The notes under the pieces were generated by a model. The model was not told the origin of the DNA. It worked only from the letters and a program-made list of their open reading frames with translations, and did not search any database. A DNA stretch of 64,000 nt from Methylotenera sp. (lineage in GTDB: Bacteria; Pseudomonadota; Gammaproteobacteria; Burkholderiales; Methylophilaceae), in contig JAUSAG010000036.1 of NCBI GenBank assembly GCA_030652995.1, positions 12,349 to 76,348 of the forward strand, given 5' to 3'. Positions 52,024 to 61,629 of this stretch are shown one piece after another. Numbering within the stretch: the first letter of the stretch is position 1; each line of letters opens with the position of its first letter. The position numbers and the translations under genes are program-made.

Positions 52024-52389
52024 TTATTTTTTTAACTGTGGTTTACAAGCAGTATATGCGATTTTTTCGCCATCATTCAAGGTTGTTGCATCGCCGTTAA
52101 TCTCTAAAGCAATAATGCCGCTGGTAAATCGGTTATTACCATCGCCAGCTTTAGTTAAATTCACTTCATGCGTTGGGTAAATCAACCACGCATCATTACC
52201 ATTATTTAACATGCGTACATGAAAACGCTTATTACCTTCACAAATATATTCCGTGGCATTGACTGGCGTGCGTGATTGCTCATTGCTGTCTGACCCAAAC
52301 GGATTAGACAGGTTAATTGAGCTGCATGCGGGCAATATGGCAAATAAACCCAGTGCCAGCCATAATTTTTTTAATTGAGTCGTCATCAT
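52024..52389 (-). CDS. MliC-family lipoprotein (putative lysozyme inhibitor)
   Basis: Lipobox LPAC and the Y.CEG...NRFTSG...YTAC pattern with two conserved Cys. Confidence 0.6.
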   Translation of the reverse strand: MMTTQLKKLWLALGLFAILPACSSINLSNPFGSDSNEQSRTPVNATEYICEGNKRFHVRMLNNGNDAWLIYPTHEVNLTKAGDGNNRFTSGIIALEINGDATTLNDGEKIAYTACKPQLKK

Positions 52390-52453
52390 TACAGGTCTTT
52401 TAAGTTGAGATAAGGGTTACATTTTGCCATGATTAAGCAGTACGCGCTTAAAT

Positions 52454-53446
52454 TTACTGATGCCCCGCACGACGCAGGCGATCTAACACCGCGGCCCATT
52501 CTGGGGTATTGGGCGGCAATTCTATTAATAAGCAATCCACTTGCATTGCATCCAAGCTGTGGAGCGTACTATATAGCTGCTCGGCAACTTTATTGGGCTG
52601 GTCGGGCAAGGCCATGGTCGTGCAACTAGGAACATCGCCGTTGCCTATCAGCATTGCAGCGCAAGTGACATGCGCCTCGGCAAAAGTTTTGCAGGCTTGA
52701 TTAAGCGACATTCGATTGTTGAATAGCCTTAGTGGCGTGCGCGGTGAATAATGCAAAGCATGCTGCCCCGGCACTTTTGGCGTGGTTTGGCTAACACCAA
52801 TATCGATAACACCCACGGCTTCATTGCTGGTAGGAAGGTTGGCCAACTCAACATTCGCTATGTTGGCAATGTCTTCTTCACTAATCATGCCAGGGCGCAG
52901 CAATTGCCATTGCCCATTAGCCGCCACGCTGACAATGGTTGATTCAATCCCCACATTGCATGCACCACCATCTAACACCGGTATCGCCTCACCCAGACCC
53001 GCTTCTACATGATGGGCTGTGGTTGGGCTTAACTGCGTAAATAAATTGGCAGAAGGTGCCGCAACACTTAAGCCGCTTTGTTTAAGCAAGGTAAGGGCTA
53101 ACGGGTGGCTTGGTACGCGTAGCGCCACCGTAGGCTCACCACCACGCACTACGCGTGATACATGGATTTTTGCTGGTAACACCAAAGTAAGTGGGCCTGG
53201 CCAAAAGGCTGTTGCAAGCTTGATTGCAACCTCAGGGAACACCGTCACCCAGTCTTTTACTTGGCTGATGTCGCTAATATGCACAATCAAAGGATGGTCA
53301 GCCGGACGTTGCTTAATGGCGAATATCTTTTTTAACGCTGTATCATTTGTCGCATCTGCCGCCAAGCCATAGACGGTTTCGGTAGGGATCGCCACCACCT
53401 CACCTTGTTTTAGTTTGGCAATGGCCTGTTCTAAGCTGACGCGCAT
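52454..53446 (-). CDS. sua5: Threonylcarbamoyl-AMP synthase (Sua5 type)
   Basis: PTETVYGLAAD, KQRPADHPLIVH, AAPSAN, GIESTIV, PG...HYSP and a C-terminal Sua5 domain. Confidence 0.94.
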   Translation of the reverse strand: MRVSLEQAIAKLKQGEVVAIPTETVYGLAADATNDTALKKIFAIKQRPADHPLIVHISDISQVKDWVTVFPEVAIKLATAFWPGPLTLVLPAKIHVSRVVRGGEPTVALRVPSHPLALTLLKQSGLSVAAPSANLFTQLSPTTAHHVEAGLGEAIPVLDGGACNVGIESTIVSVAANGQWQLLRPGMISEEDIANIANVELANLPTSNEAVGVIDIGVSQTTPKVPGQHALHYSPRTPLRLFNNRMSLNQACKTFAEAHVTCAAMLIGNGDVPSCTTMALPDQPNKVAEQLYSTLHSLDAMQVDCLLIELPPNTPEWAAVLDRLRRAGHQ

Positions 53447-53566
53447 AATGTTTTAATTAAAACTTAAAAATGACATTTTACTACTTTAATCATCCAAGTT
53501 ATTCAAATTGAAAATTTCAGGTTTGTAGCATCATGCGCTAAAATGCATTTTTTAAAAGGAACACAC

Positions 53567-53893
53567 ATGACTCAAATCACGGTAGAAAATAATCCAAGCC
53601 AGCAACGATTAGAAGCATTGGCGGTTACTCAATGGCCAACTTGGCAAAAAGAGGTTTCTGTTTTTCCATGGACGTTCCCTGAGCAGGAAATCGCTTATAT
53701 TTTAGAAGGTGAATGCGTGATTACACCCGCTGGCGGCGCTCCTGTGACTTTTGGCAAAGGTGATTTAGTGACTTTTCCAGCCGGCATGACCGCAAGCTGG
53801 GAAGTAAAGCAACCGCTACATAAACATTATCAGTTAGATGGCTCTAAGCTTTGCCAAATCTATCGCCGTATTAAACTGGCTTTAAAACTATAA
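53567..53893 (+). CDS. Cupin_3 (DUF861) family protein
   Basis: WPTWQKEVSVFPW, YILEG, GDLVTFPAG and KHY motifs; AAGGA RBS. Confidence 0.88.
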   Translation: MTQITVENNPSQQRLEALAVTQWPTWQKEVSVFPWTFPEQEIAYILEGECVITPAGGAPVTFGKGDLVTFPAGMTASWEVKQPLHKHYQLDGSKLCQIYRRIKLALKL

Positions 53894-53902
53894 CCATCTC
53901 TG

Positions 53903-54544
53903 TCATCCAGCTTTTCGAAACGTTAAATTGACACGATATTCGCCAAAGGCTGGGTGATAGCCCATCTTGAGCGGCAGCACGCCGTGATAACGCAAGCGTG
54001 AATCCCCGCCCCACACCAGCACGTCACCATGATAAAGCGGCAACTTTACCGCTTTACCCGCTCTTTCAAAACTGCCCAACTGAAATACCGCCACAACCCC
54101 TAATGAAACCGAAACAATCGGCTGGGTAAAATCTCGTTCGTTTTTGTCCTGATGCAAACTCATGCGCGCACCGACTTGGTAACGGTTGATTAAACAGGCA
54201 TCCGGCTTAAAATCTGCATAACCAGCCTGCATGGCGGCCTTGTGTGCCAATGTGATAAAACTTGCAGGCATGTCCGGCCAAGGCTTACCCGTTACAGGAT
54301 CTTGCGCATCGTAGCGGTAGCCTTTTTTATCTGTCACCCAGCCTAATTCCCCACAGTTGCTCATGGCAACCGACATGGTAAAACCACCTGGCGTGACCAT
54401 GTGACGAAATGGCACAAGCGCTATCACAGCATGCAAATCTTCAAGTATAGCCGTCTGTTCACGTAAGGCGAATCCTCTTAGTAACATCGCGCCCTCAGCC
54501 AGTGTTAAGGATTGAGGCTCATCTGTTTTATCAAACAAATCCAT
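53903..54544 (-). CDS. alkB: DNA oxidative demethylase AlkB
   Basis: TPGGFTMSVAMSNCG, ACLINRY, LHQD, HG and RVNLTFR motifs. Confidence 0.96.
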   Translation of the reverse strand: MDLFDKTDEPQSLTLAEGAMLLRGFALREQTAILEDLHAVIALVPFRHMVTPGGFTMSVAMSNCGELGWVTDKKGYRYDAQDPVTGKPWPDMPASFITLAHKAAMQAGYADFKPDACLINRYQVGARMSLHQDKNERDFTQPIVSVSLGVVAVFQLGSFERAGKAVKLPLYHGDVLVWGGDSRLRYHGVLPLKMGYHPAFGEYRVNLTFRKAG

Positions 54545-54686
54545 GGTTAATTCCTTGATCCTTACCTGATCCTCTTAATTCATTTTTAATTGATAGCAAT
54601 TGACCGAGGTTTGCCACATGACACACCTCAATGCTTGCTGTTGAATTTGCGTTTTAGAATTCACAGCGTTTGTTTATAATCAACCG

Positions 54687-55310
54687 ATGAGCACACAATA
54701 TCAACCAATATCGCAGTTTTTGAGTGAATTAGACTATGACTGGGCGCAACTCATCGCAACCGTTGGTGAGTGCAAATTTCAAACAAAACCCGAACGCGAA
54801 CCTTATGAAGCCTTAGTGCGCGCAGTAGCTTACCAACAGCTTAGCACCAAAGCCGGGGACGCAATTTTAGGTAAATTTATTAAAAATTTTGGCGCATTTC
54901 CCTCGCCTGAACAACTCATTGCCGCTGAATTTGATACCCTGCGCGCTACTGGTTTTTCTGGCAGAAAAATTGAAACGCTTAAAGTAATTGCCGCAGGGGC
55001 CATGAGCGGCTTGGTACCATCGCGTGAGATTGCCGACAACATGAGCAATGAGGCGTTGATTGAGCGCCTAGTAAGGCTCAAGGGCATTGGGCAATGGACG
55101 GTAGAAATGATGTTGATATTTACCTTGGCGCGCATGGATATACTGCCCGCTGATGATTTTGGCATCGCGGATGGCTACAGGCGACTAAAAAAGCTGGATG
55201 CTCCCCCCAAGTGCAAACAAATGGCTGAAATCGGCAAAGCGTGGAGTCCTTATCGCACCATTGCCAGTTGGTATTTGTGGCGCGTACCAAAAGAGCTGGG
55301 TCCGATTTAG
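54687..55310 (+). CDS. DNA-3-methyladenine glycosylase II (AlkA-like, HhH-GPD)
   Basis: ALVRAVAYQQLS, LKGIGQWT, ILPADD and WSPYRTIASWYLW motifs. Confidence 0.93.
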   Translation: MSTQYQPISQFLSELDYDWAQLIATVGECKFQTKPEREPYEALVRAVAYQQLSTKAGDAILGKFIKNFGAFPSPEQLIAAEFDTLRATGFSGRKIETLKVIAAGAMSGLVPSREIADNMSNEALIERLVRLKGIGQWTVEMMLIFTLARMDILPADDFGIADGYRRLKKLDAPPKCKQMAEIGKAWSPYRTIASWYLWRVPKELGPI

Positions 55311-55320
55311 TGGGCGGGCA

Positions 55321-55599
55321 AGTCATCATAATGATGCAGAAGTCGGCGTATCTAAAAAGTTAACTTATTCACCAACCTTAGCGTCTAGCGCTCAAGCTTG
55401 GGCTGACCACTTAAAAACAAGCAGTCATTGCCAAATGCGCCATAGCAACTCAAAGGCCCGGTATGGAGAAAACCTTTATTGGGGCAGTGCGCTGTCATGG
55501 TCTGATGGTCACAAAGCGTTGCAAAAAGTATCGTCTGAGCAAGTGTGGGTATGCTGTTGCCTGCCTGCCGGTAACTGGGTGGGTAAAAAATCCTACTGA
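55321..55599 (+). pseudogene. CAP/SCP (PR-1-like) domain remnant
   Basis: AEVGV..LTYSPTLASSAQAWAD, YGENLYW and C-terminal PAGNWVG are present; the start/signal peptide and the central GHYTQ segment are missing. Confidence 0.7.
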
Positions 55600-56266
55600 G
55601 TAGTAGGTCAAAAATGAGCGTTGATATTCAAGTTATTTCGACTCACTCTGGCTCACTGTGGCGGCAACGGCATGCTGTTACTTTTAAACTTAAATTAAAT
55701 TGTAATTGCCGTAAATTAAGTGTATAAATTAGGTGTGGCTCTTAAAACATAAGTTTTTAAATCTTACCGTTTATCAGGAGACGTTTATCGACACTTCAAT
55801 CATTAATCATCTTTAGTAACCACTTAAGCCAGTGATCAATGACTGGCAATATCGGCATCCCATAAGCCGAAACACAACGCCGCTTTAATGCGGCGTTAGT
55901 ATTTTTATTGGGTGAGGTAACTAGGTTAACAATACATCTGCTACGGTACATTGGGCCGGCGAGCCCACATGCCATTGAATGCAGATAGCCCACAAGTTCA
56001 ATATTTGCAAATTGGTTAGTGCGCCTAATCTATATCAGCAGAATCGCACTAGGTCAACGATGACTCATCGGCAAGGCTTGAGTAAACTCATGGCATTGCT
56101 TACTGCCTTATTCACTGCACTAACGCGTTAGATTCTACCATGCTTGGCGCCCGTGATATTTAACATGCAGATAATCTCAGTCATAGCTGTACGTTTTTGC
56201 CAACTGTTCTGCTTTTACATGTAGCTAGGCATGTAGCTTCTGGATAATTTTCCAGCTTTTTTAAAG

Positions 56267-57487
56267 CTAGCCGAACGTACCGTCTATCCGTGGTTTAAGT
56301 AATATAGGGGCGTAGATCACCACAAAAATGGTAAACCCAATTATCCAGAACAATGCTGAGATTAACACCCAGCTTGCATAATGTTGCATGGCAAGCATGG
56401 GCACAAAAATACGAAATATGGCGCTGACCGCGATTGCCGCAAAAGCGAACGTTAGCCAGGGTGAAGATTTTCTAATATCGCGCCCGGTATGGCCCAACGC
56501 TACCCGCGCCATCATACCCATAGTCATTAAGCCCACACCACCGATAGTAAAAAGATGCAAAGTTAAAATAGCAGGTATGGCGAGCTGCGTTTGTAATCCA
56601 TAACATAAAAAGCCTAGGTTAATAATCAATAAAGATAAATACAAGCTCCACAGCAAAGGCACTTGCCATATGCCGTGCGCATACCAATTACGTAACCGAT
56701 AGCTATTAAGGGCAAATAAAGCCAATGCTAACCATGAGGTTAAGCGAGGGGCGTGCAGAAAAACCTCATTAACAAACAGTGCCAAAAATAAAACCAAAAT
56801 ACTGAGATCAAGCCACTTATGTTGCTTTAAATTTACTTTATTTCCTGCGCCATTGCTAGCAACGCCACGTTCAATAAAAAATGGGATCACACGACGTCCT
56901 ATCATTAAAATAAGGCTGATAAATAGCAGCACCGCACCATTGATGGCGTACAGCATACCGTCTTGCAATAGGCCATAGTAGCCCAAATAAAATACTACGT
57001 TACCTATCCATAGCAATACAACTTTGGCCACCACAGCCAATTGTGGCCATTGTTTTGCACTTGCAATCGGCTTTGAGATTGCCAAAATTAGTATCAAACC
57101 AAACAGCAAGTCTGCAACTGCCGCCCACAGCAGTAAACTTGTACCAAATAAAAACAATACCCGCGCTAGACACCACAGCATAAATAAACCCATTAAAGGC
57201 TTACCGTTAACCGTTTGTACCCCAGTCCAATTTTTAACCGCTGTGAGCAAAAACCCTGCAACGACCGCCACGCCATAGCCATATAACATTTCATGCGCAT
57301 GCCATTGGCTATTAGTAATAGTGTTTATTTGCACAAAACTGTGCCCAGAATAAATCAGCATCCACCACACAATAGAAACCACAGCAAAAATACTGGCGCC
57401 TAAAAAGAATGGGCGGAAGCCAAGATTAAACAAGGCGAAACCTTGTGCCTGATTAGGCTTGCTCATTTGAATTTGCACCACAGCCAT
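56267..57487 (-). CDS. nnrS: NnrS family protein
   Basis: LGFRPFFL, WHAHEMLYGY, GFLLTAV.NWTG, GRRVIPFF, LHLFTIG and RVALGHTGR motifs. Confidence 0.95.
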   Translation of the reverse strand: MAVVQIQMSKPNQAQGFALFNLGFRPFFLGASIFAVVSIVWWMLIYSGHSFVQINTITNSQWHAHEMLYGYGVAVVAGFLLTAVKNWTGVQTVNGKPLMGLFMLWCLARVLFLFGTSLLLWAAVADLLFGLILILAISKPIASAKQWPQLAVVAKVVLLWIGNVVFYLGYYGLLQDGMLYAINGAVLLFISLILMIGRRVIPFFIERGVASNGAGNKVNLKQHKWLDLSILVLFLALFVNEVFLHAPRLTSWLALALFALNSYRLRNWYAHGIWQVPLLWSLYLSLLIINLGFLCYGLQTQLAIPAILTLHLFTIGGVGLMTMGMMARVALGHTGRDIRKSSPWLTFAFAAIAVSAIFRIFVPMLAMQHYASWVLISALFWIIGFTIFVVIYAPILLKPRIDGTFG

Positions 57488-57573
57488 AATAATTGCACCT
57501 TTGATAACCTGAAAAGTTGACCCATGTTAGCTTTATATCAAAAATATTTCCTTGATATAAAGCATGAATAAAT

Positions 57574-58305
57574 TTAACTGCGCAAATAATTGACCACGAC
57601 GGGTAACAATACCGCACTCAGCACGCCATTTAAGCCCATTGCCATACTGGCGTAGGTGCCGGCCTCTTCATTCACGCTAAAGGCGCGCGTAATGCCCAAG
57701 CCGTGGGCACCCACGCCAATTGCAGTGCCGCGTATCCACCATGGCTTTATACGTAAAAAATTCATGATGAATGGCGCCAAAATGGCGCCCAACATACCTG
57801 TTGCCACGGTAAACACTGCAGTTAATGTAGGCGACACATGAATGCGCTCTGCAATACCCATGGCAATTGGTGCGGTGACGGATTTTGCATACATACTACC
57901 GACAATGTTATCACCCGCACCTAGCATACTGGCAATACCCACAGCGCTGCCAATAGAAACTGCACTACCAATCAGCAACGCCAGCGTCATTGGAACCAGC
58001 TTGCCTTTTAAGCTGTTACAACCGCGATAGATTGGCACGGCCAATGCTACCGTTGCCGTCCCTAGCAAAAAATGCACAAACTGTGCACCTTCAAAATACT
58101 TTTGATAGGGCATGTCTATGACATAAATGCAAAACGTAGCCAGCAATACCGAAATGGCCACTGGATTTACAATGGGGTTGCGGTTGGCTTTAACATACAA
58201 AGTGTAACCAAGCTGGTAGGTTGCCAAGGTGAGAATAAGCGCAAACAAGGGGCTACCAGAAAGATAAACCCAAATTTCAGCAATAGGGAGTCGCTCATTC
58301 ATCAT
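57574..58305 (-). CDS. lrgB: LrgB family protein
   Basis: HFLLGTATVALAVP, KSVTAPIAM, GVGAHGLG and MGLNG motifs. Confidence 0.93.
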   Translation of the reverse strand: MMNERLPIAEIWVYLSGSPLFALILTLATYQLGYTLYVKANRNPIVNPVAISVLLATFCIYVIDMPYQKYFEGAQFVHFLLGTATVALAVPIYRGCNSLKGKLVPMTLALLIGSAVSIGSAVGIASMLGAGDNIVGSMYAKSVTAPIAMGIAERIHVSPTLTAVFTVATGMLGAILAPFIMNFLRIKPWWIRGTAIGVGAHGLGITRAFSVNEEAGTYASMAMGLNGVLSAVLLPVVVNYLRS

Positions 58306-58642
58306 GCGCACGCTTTGCAAAAAATTTTAATACCAGTGCGGTGGTGGCAATGGTTAACATCACGCTAATTAACAAGGCTGCGGTGACGGCTAGGGCGTGG
58401 GTTTTTAAATCAGGTAAAAATAAAATAACCCCGACTGAGGCCGGCACAAAAAGCAATCCCAAATGTAGCCTGAAACTATCTGCAACCATACCAAGCGGCT
58501 GGTTTACCTCACCTTTTACCAGCAAAAATGCCAATAAAAATAATAAACCCAACACCGGGCCTGGAATATTAGGCCATAATAATATGGACACCAACTCGCC
58601 CAAGCCCTGCCAAATCAATAGCTGTACTAAGCCGTTAATCAT
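58295..58642 (-). CDS. cidA: CidA/LrgA family holin-like protein
   Basis: GELVS...IPGPVLGL and HLGLLFVPASVG motifs; overlaps the lrgB start. Confidence 0.92.
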   Translation of the reverse strand: MINGLVQLLIWQGLGELVSILLWPNIPGPVLGLLFLLAFLLVKGEVNQPLGMVADSFRLHLGLLFVPASVGVILFLPDLKTHALAVTAALLISVMLTIATTALVLKFFAKRAHDE

Positions 58643-58893
58643 TAGATGCGCTTTCGATGGTTAAAAAATCTATATTCAGAAATTAAAGACAGTTTTAACA
58701 TAAGCTTTGATGTGATGGCAAACTTAAAAGCTAAAGCTGATAGCGCCGTAAAACAACAGTATCCACTGGTTTTAAAGCGCTAAAATTCTTGCTGGTAAAT
58801 CAGCGCTGTAATTTAGCGTTAAAGCCGGCTCATTGCGAGCGATGGATGCGCTTCCCAAGCGGTTTTAATGTACCGCACAAAAACATCGATTGC

Positions 58894-59013
58894 TTATTTT
58901 TTGGGCACAACACCCGACTTAGTAGGCGTTATAAATGATGTGGGCACCACAACATCTTTGCTCTTTTTAGGTTTTTTCGTTTCTTTGTTACTTTTAATTT
59001 GACCTTTGGCCAT
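58894..59013 (-). CDS. 39-aa basic small protein
   Basis: MAKGQIKSNKETKKPKKSKDVVVPTSFITPTKSGVVPKK preceded by an AGGAGA RBS. Not in the track. Confidence 0.7.
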   Translation of the reverse strand: MAKGQIKSNKETKKPKKSKDVVVPTSFITPTKSGVVPKK

Positions 59014-59162
59014 GATGCTTCTCCTATGATAAATATTGCGCCTTCATCATAGGCTCATTGCAGAATATAAGTGGATTTTTTATACTCCCTTCAATGTGCT
59101 AACGCCAGTTTTAGGCTAAAAATTAGGCCCAACTCAGGTTTAAGTCAACTGCCAAAAATGAC

Positions 59163-61295
59163 TTATTTTAGCTTGGACTGGTTCATCACCAACGCCTCAA
59201 GCCCAATCTCTGGCAATGGTTTGCTGAAATAGTAGCCTTGTAGCTCATCACAACCAATTGATTTAAGATAGTCGTACTGATAACCAGTTTCTACGCCCTC
59301 CGCAATCACCTTCATACCTAAGCTCTGCCCAAGCACGATGATGGCTTTAAGAATAGCCATGTTGGCGGGGTCTTTTTCAAGGCTGCTGACAAAGGCTTTG
59401 TCGATTTTCAAACGATCAATTGGAAAGTCTTTTAGGTAAGCCAAGCTGGAATAGCCAGTTCCAAAATCATCAATGGCTAGTTTGACACCAATCTTCTTCA
59501 ATGAGTGCAGTGTTTCTATAAACTTGGCGGCATCGTCTATTAGTGTGCTCTCTGTAATTTCGAGTTCTAGACAGTCTGAATCTAGTTCAGTGGCCTCCAA
59601 AATTTGTTTGATAGTTTCGGCTAGATTCGGTTGCCTGAATTGGCGTGGCGAAACATTGACTGCAATGGGAAAGGGACGTCCTGTTTTTTCTTTTAATTCT
59701 TTAGCTTTTTTACAAGCTGTTGTTAGTACCCACTCACCTATTTTCTCGATAAGACCGGTTTCTTCAGCAATCTGAATGAATCTCATGGGTTCGATTAACT
59801 CTTCGCCAGGAGGTTGCCAGCGTATTAGAGCCTCTGCGCCACTGATTAAACCAGTGGCAAAATCCACCTTAGGTTGGTAGTAGAGCAGAAACTCGTCATG
59901 TTCTATCGCAAGGCGTAATTTGTATTCCATCATTACGCGCTCGGTCAAGGCTTTGTTTAATGCTTTCGTGTAAATTTGATAGTTGTTGCGACCTGCTTTC
60001 TTGGCTTTATACATCGCGGAATCGGCATTTTTAAGTAACGCGTTTGGCTCAACACCATCATCTGGGTAAATGCTGATACCTACGCTACAGGTGACTAAAT
60101 AATCCAGTTCATTAATCATGCATGGTTCAGCAACGCTAGTTAAAATACGTTGCATGCTGAGCGAGATGTCGTTCACATTATCGATATTAGTAATCAATAT
60201 TACGAATTCATCACCGCCAAGCCTCACCACAGTATCTATTTCACGGACGCAGCTAGACAGTCGCTGAGACATTATCAATAATAATTGATCGCCTACCTCA
60301 TGTCCCATACTGTCATTAATGAGCTTAAACTGATCAAGATCAATGAATGCAACCGCAATTTTGTTTTTGTAACGATCGGCGAAATTGATGCATTGCTGAA
60401 GTCGATCATTCAACATATAACGATTGGGTAATCCAGTCAGACTGTCATGTGTGGCTTGATGCTCAAGTTGAGCGTCATAGCTTTTTCGCGCAGTAATATC
60501 CTCAACGGTGCCTTCGTAGTAAAGTAAAACCCCGACTTCGTCGTACACCATACGTGCATTTTCAGAAATCCAGATAGTGCTGCCATCTTTTTTGTAAACT
60601 AATGATTCAAAGTTCTGCACGTTTTGATGATTTTCAATGGCCTGCACAAACTCCTCACGGCGACCGCTGGCAACATAAAGTTGTTGCTGAATATTATTAA
60701 GGGCACTTATTAAATCTTCTGGTGAATTGTAGCCGTACATGCGGGCCAATGCAGGGTTAACCATCAGGTAGCGTCCATTAGGTGACGTCTGAAAAATACC
60801 TTCAATCGCATTTTCAAATATGGATCGATAACGAGACTCTGTATCACGCAATGACTGTTCAATATTCTTACGTTTGGTGATGTTCTGAATTAAGCCTTTT
60901 ATTGCATGGATTTGACCTTGATCGTTATAGATTGGGTTTCCACGCTCAGACACCCAAATGATGCTGCCATTTGCATGTTGAATGCGGTATTCGATTTCAA
61001 AGCGAGTGCCGAGTTTTACTGCCTCATCAATCTTGTCGCGCACCATCTTGCGATCTTTCTCAAAGGTAATTTTTTCATAGGAAATCAGATTATTGAAGAT
61101 TAGATCATTCGGGTTATAACCTGTTAAATCCTTACATCCGGCACTAGCAAAAATCATGGTCCAGAACTCATCATAGAGGTTGCAATAAACCAGAGCATCC
61201 ATATTGCCCACTAGATTTTCCAGCATCTGCAGGCGATCATCCACGAAGGAGTCAGCAGTAATCTGAATATTGGTTTTTGAAGATGATAAGTTCAT
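59163..61295 (-). CDS. PAS-PAS-GGDEF-EAL protein
   Basis: Two PAS/PAC domains (EYRIQHANG; IFENAIEGIFQT), RLGGDEF, AEALIRW and DDFGTGYSS. Confidence 0.94.
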   Translation of the reverse strand: MNLSSSKTNIQITADSFVDDRLQMLENLVGNMDALVYCNLYDEFWTMIFASAGCKDLTGYNPNDLIFNNLISYEKITFEKDRKMVRDKIDEAVKLGTRFEIEYRIQHANGSIIWVSERGNPIYNDQGQIHAIKGLIQNITKRKNIEQSLRDTESRYRSIFENAIEGIFQTSPNGRYLMVNPALARMYGYNSPEDLISALNNIQQQLYVASGRREEFVQAIENHQNVQNFESLVYKKDGSTIWISENARMVYDEVGVLLYYEGTVEDITARKSYDAQLEHQATHDSLTGLPNRYMLNDRLQQCINFADRYKNKIAVAFIDLDQFKLINDSMGHEVGDQLLLIMSQRLSSCVREIDTVVRLGGDEFVILITNIDNVNDISLSMQRILTSVAEPCMINELDYLVTCSVGISIYPDDGVEPNALLKNADSAMYKAKKAGRNNYQIYTKALNKALTERVMMEYKLRLAIEHDEFLLYYQPKVDFATGLISGAEALIRWQPPGEELIEPMRFIQIAEETGLIEKIGEWVLTTACKKAKELKEKTGRPFPIAVNVSPRQFRQPNLAETIKQILEATELDSDCLELEITESTLIDDAAKFIETLHSLKKIGVKLAIDDFGTGYSSLAYLKDFPIDRLKIDKAFVSSLEKDPANMAILKAIIVLGQSLGMKVIAEGVETGYQYDYLKSIGCDELQGYYFSKPLPEIGLEALVMNQSKLK

Positions 61296-61348
61296 TGGTT
61301 GGGCATACAGCTAAAAGAACACCTGAAAGTTTATTTGTTTAAACATAA

Positions 61349-61364
61349 AGCAGTATTCATGCCG
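61349..61364 (-). promoter_or_regulatory. Candidate sigma-54 promoter for the PAS-GGDEF-EAL gene
   Basis: Minus-strand CGGCATGAATACTGCT has canonical GG-N10-GC spacing, about 55 bp upstream of the start. Confidence 0.5.
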
Positions 61365-61629
61365 ACTTGATTTCTGTGAAGCTAATACATAAATTTGTTG
61401 TATGGCAACCTGCCATCGGCATCGCTATATCAAACAACAATATATTCTTTTGATTAAATGCATGTTAAAAGTGCTGATATGTGAGCGAGTGCACCAAAAC
61501 TAAGCAGTAGCTGAAAATCGCATCACTTGGCATTAGAAATGGCGATGAAAAATAAGAACATTCTCTGATGGCGCATATTTTGCTTACCAATTACTTAAAA
61601 GGTCATTAAGCACCTATAACAATCACTAT

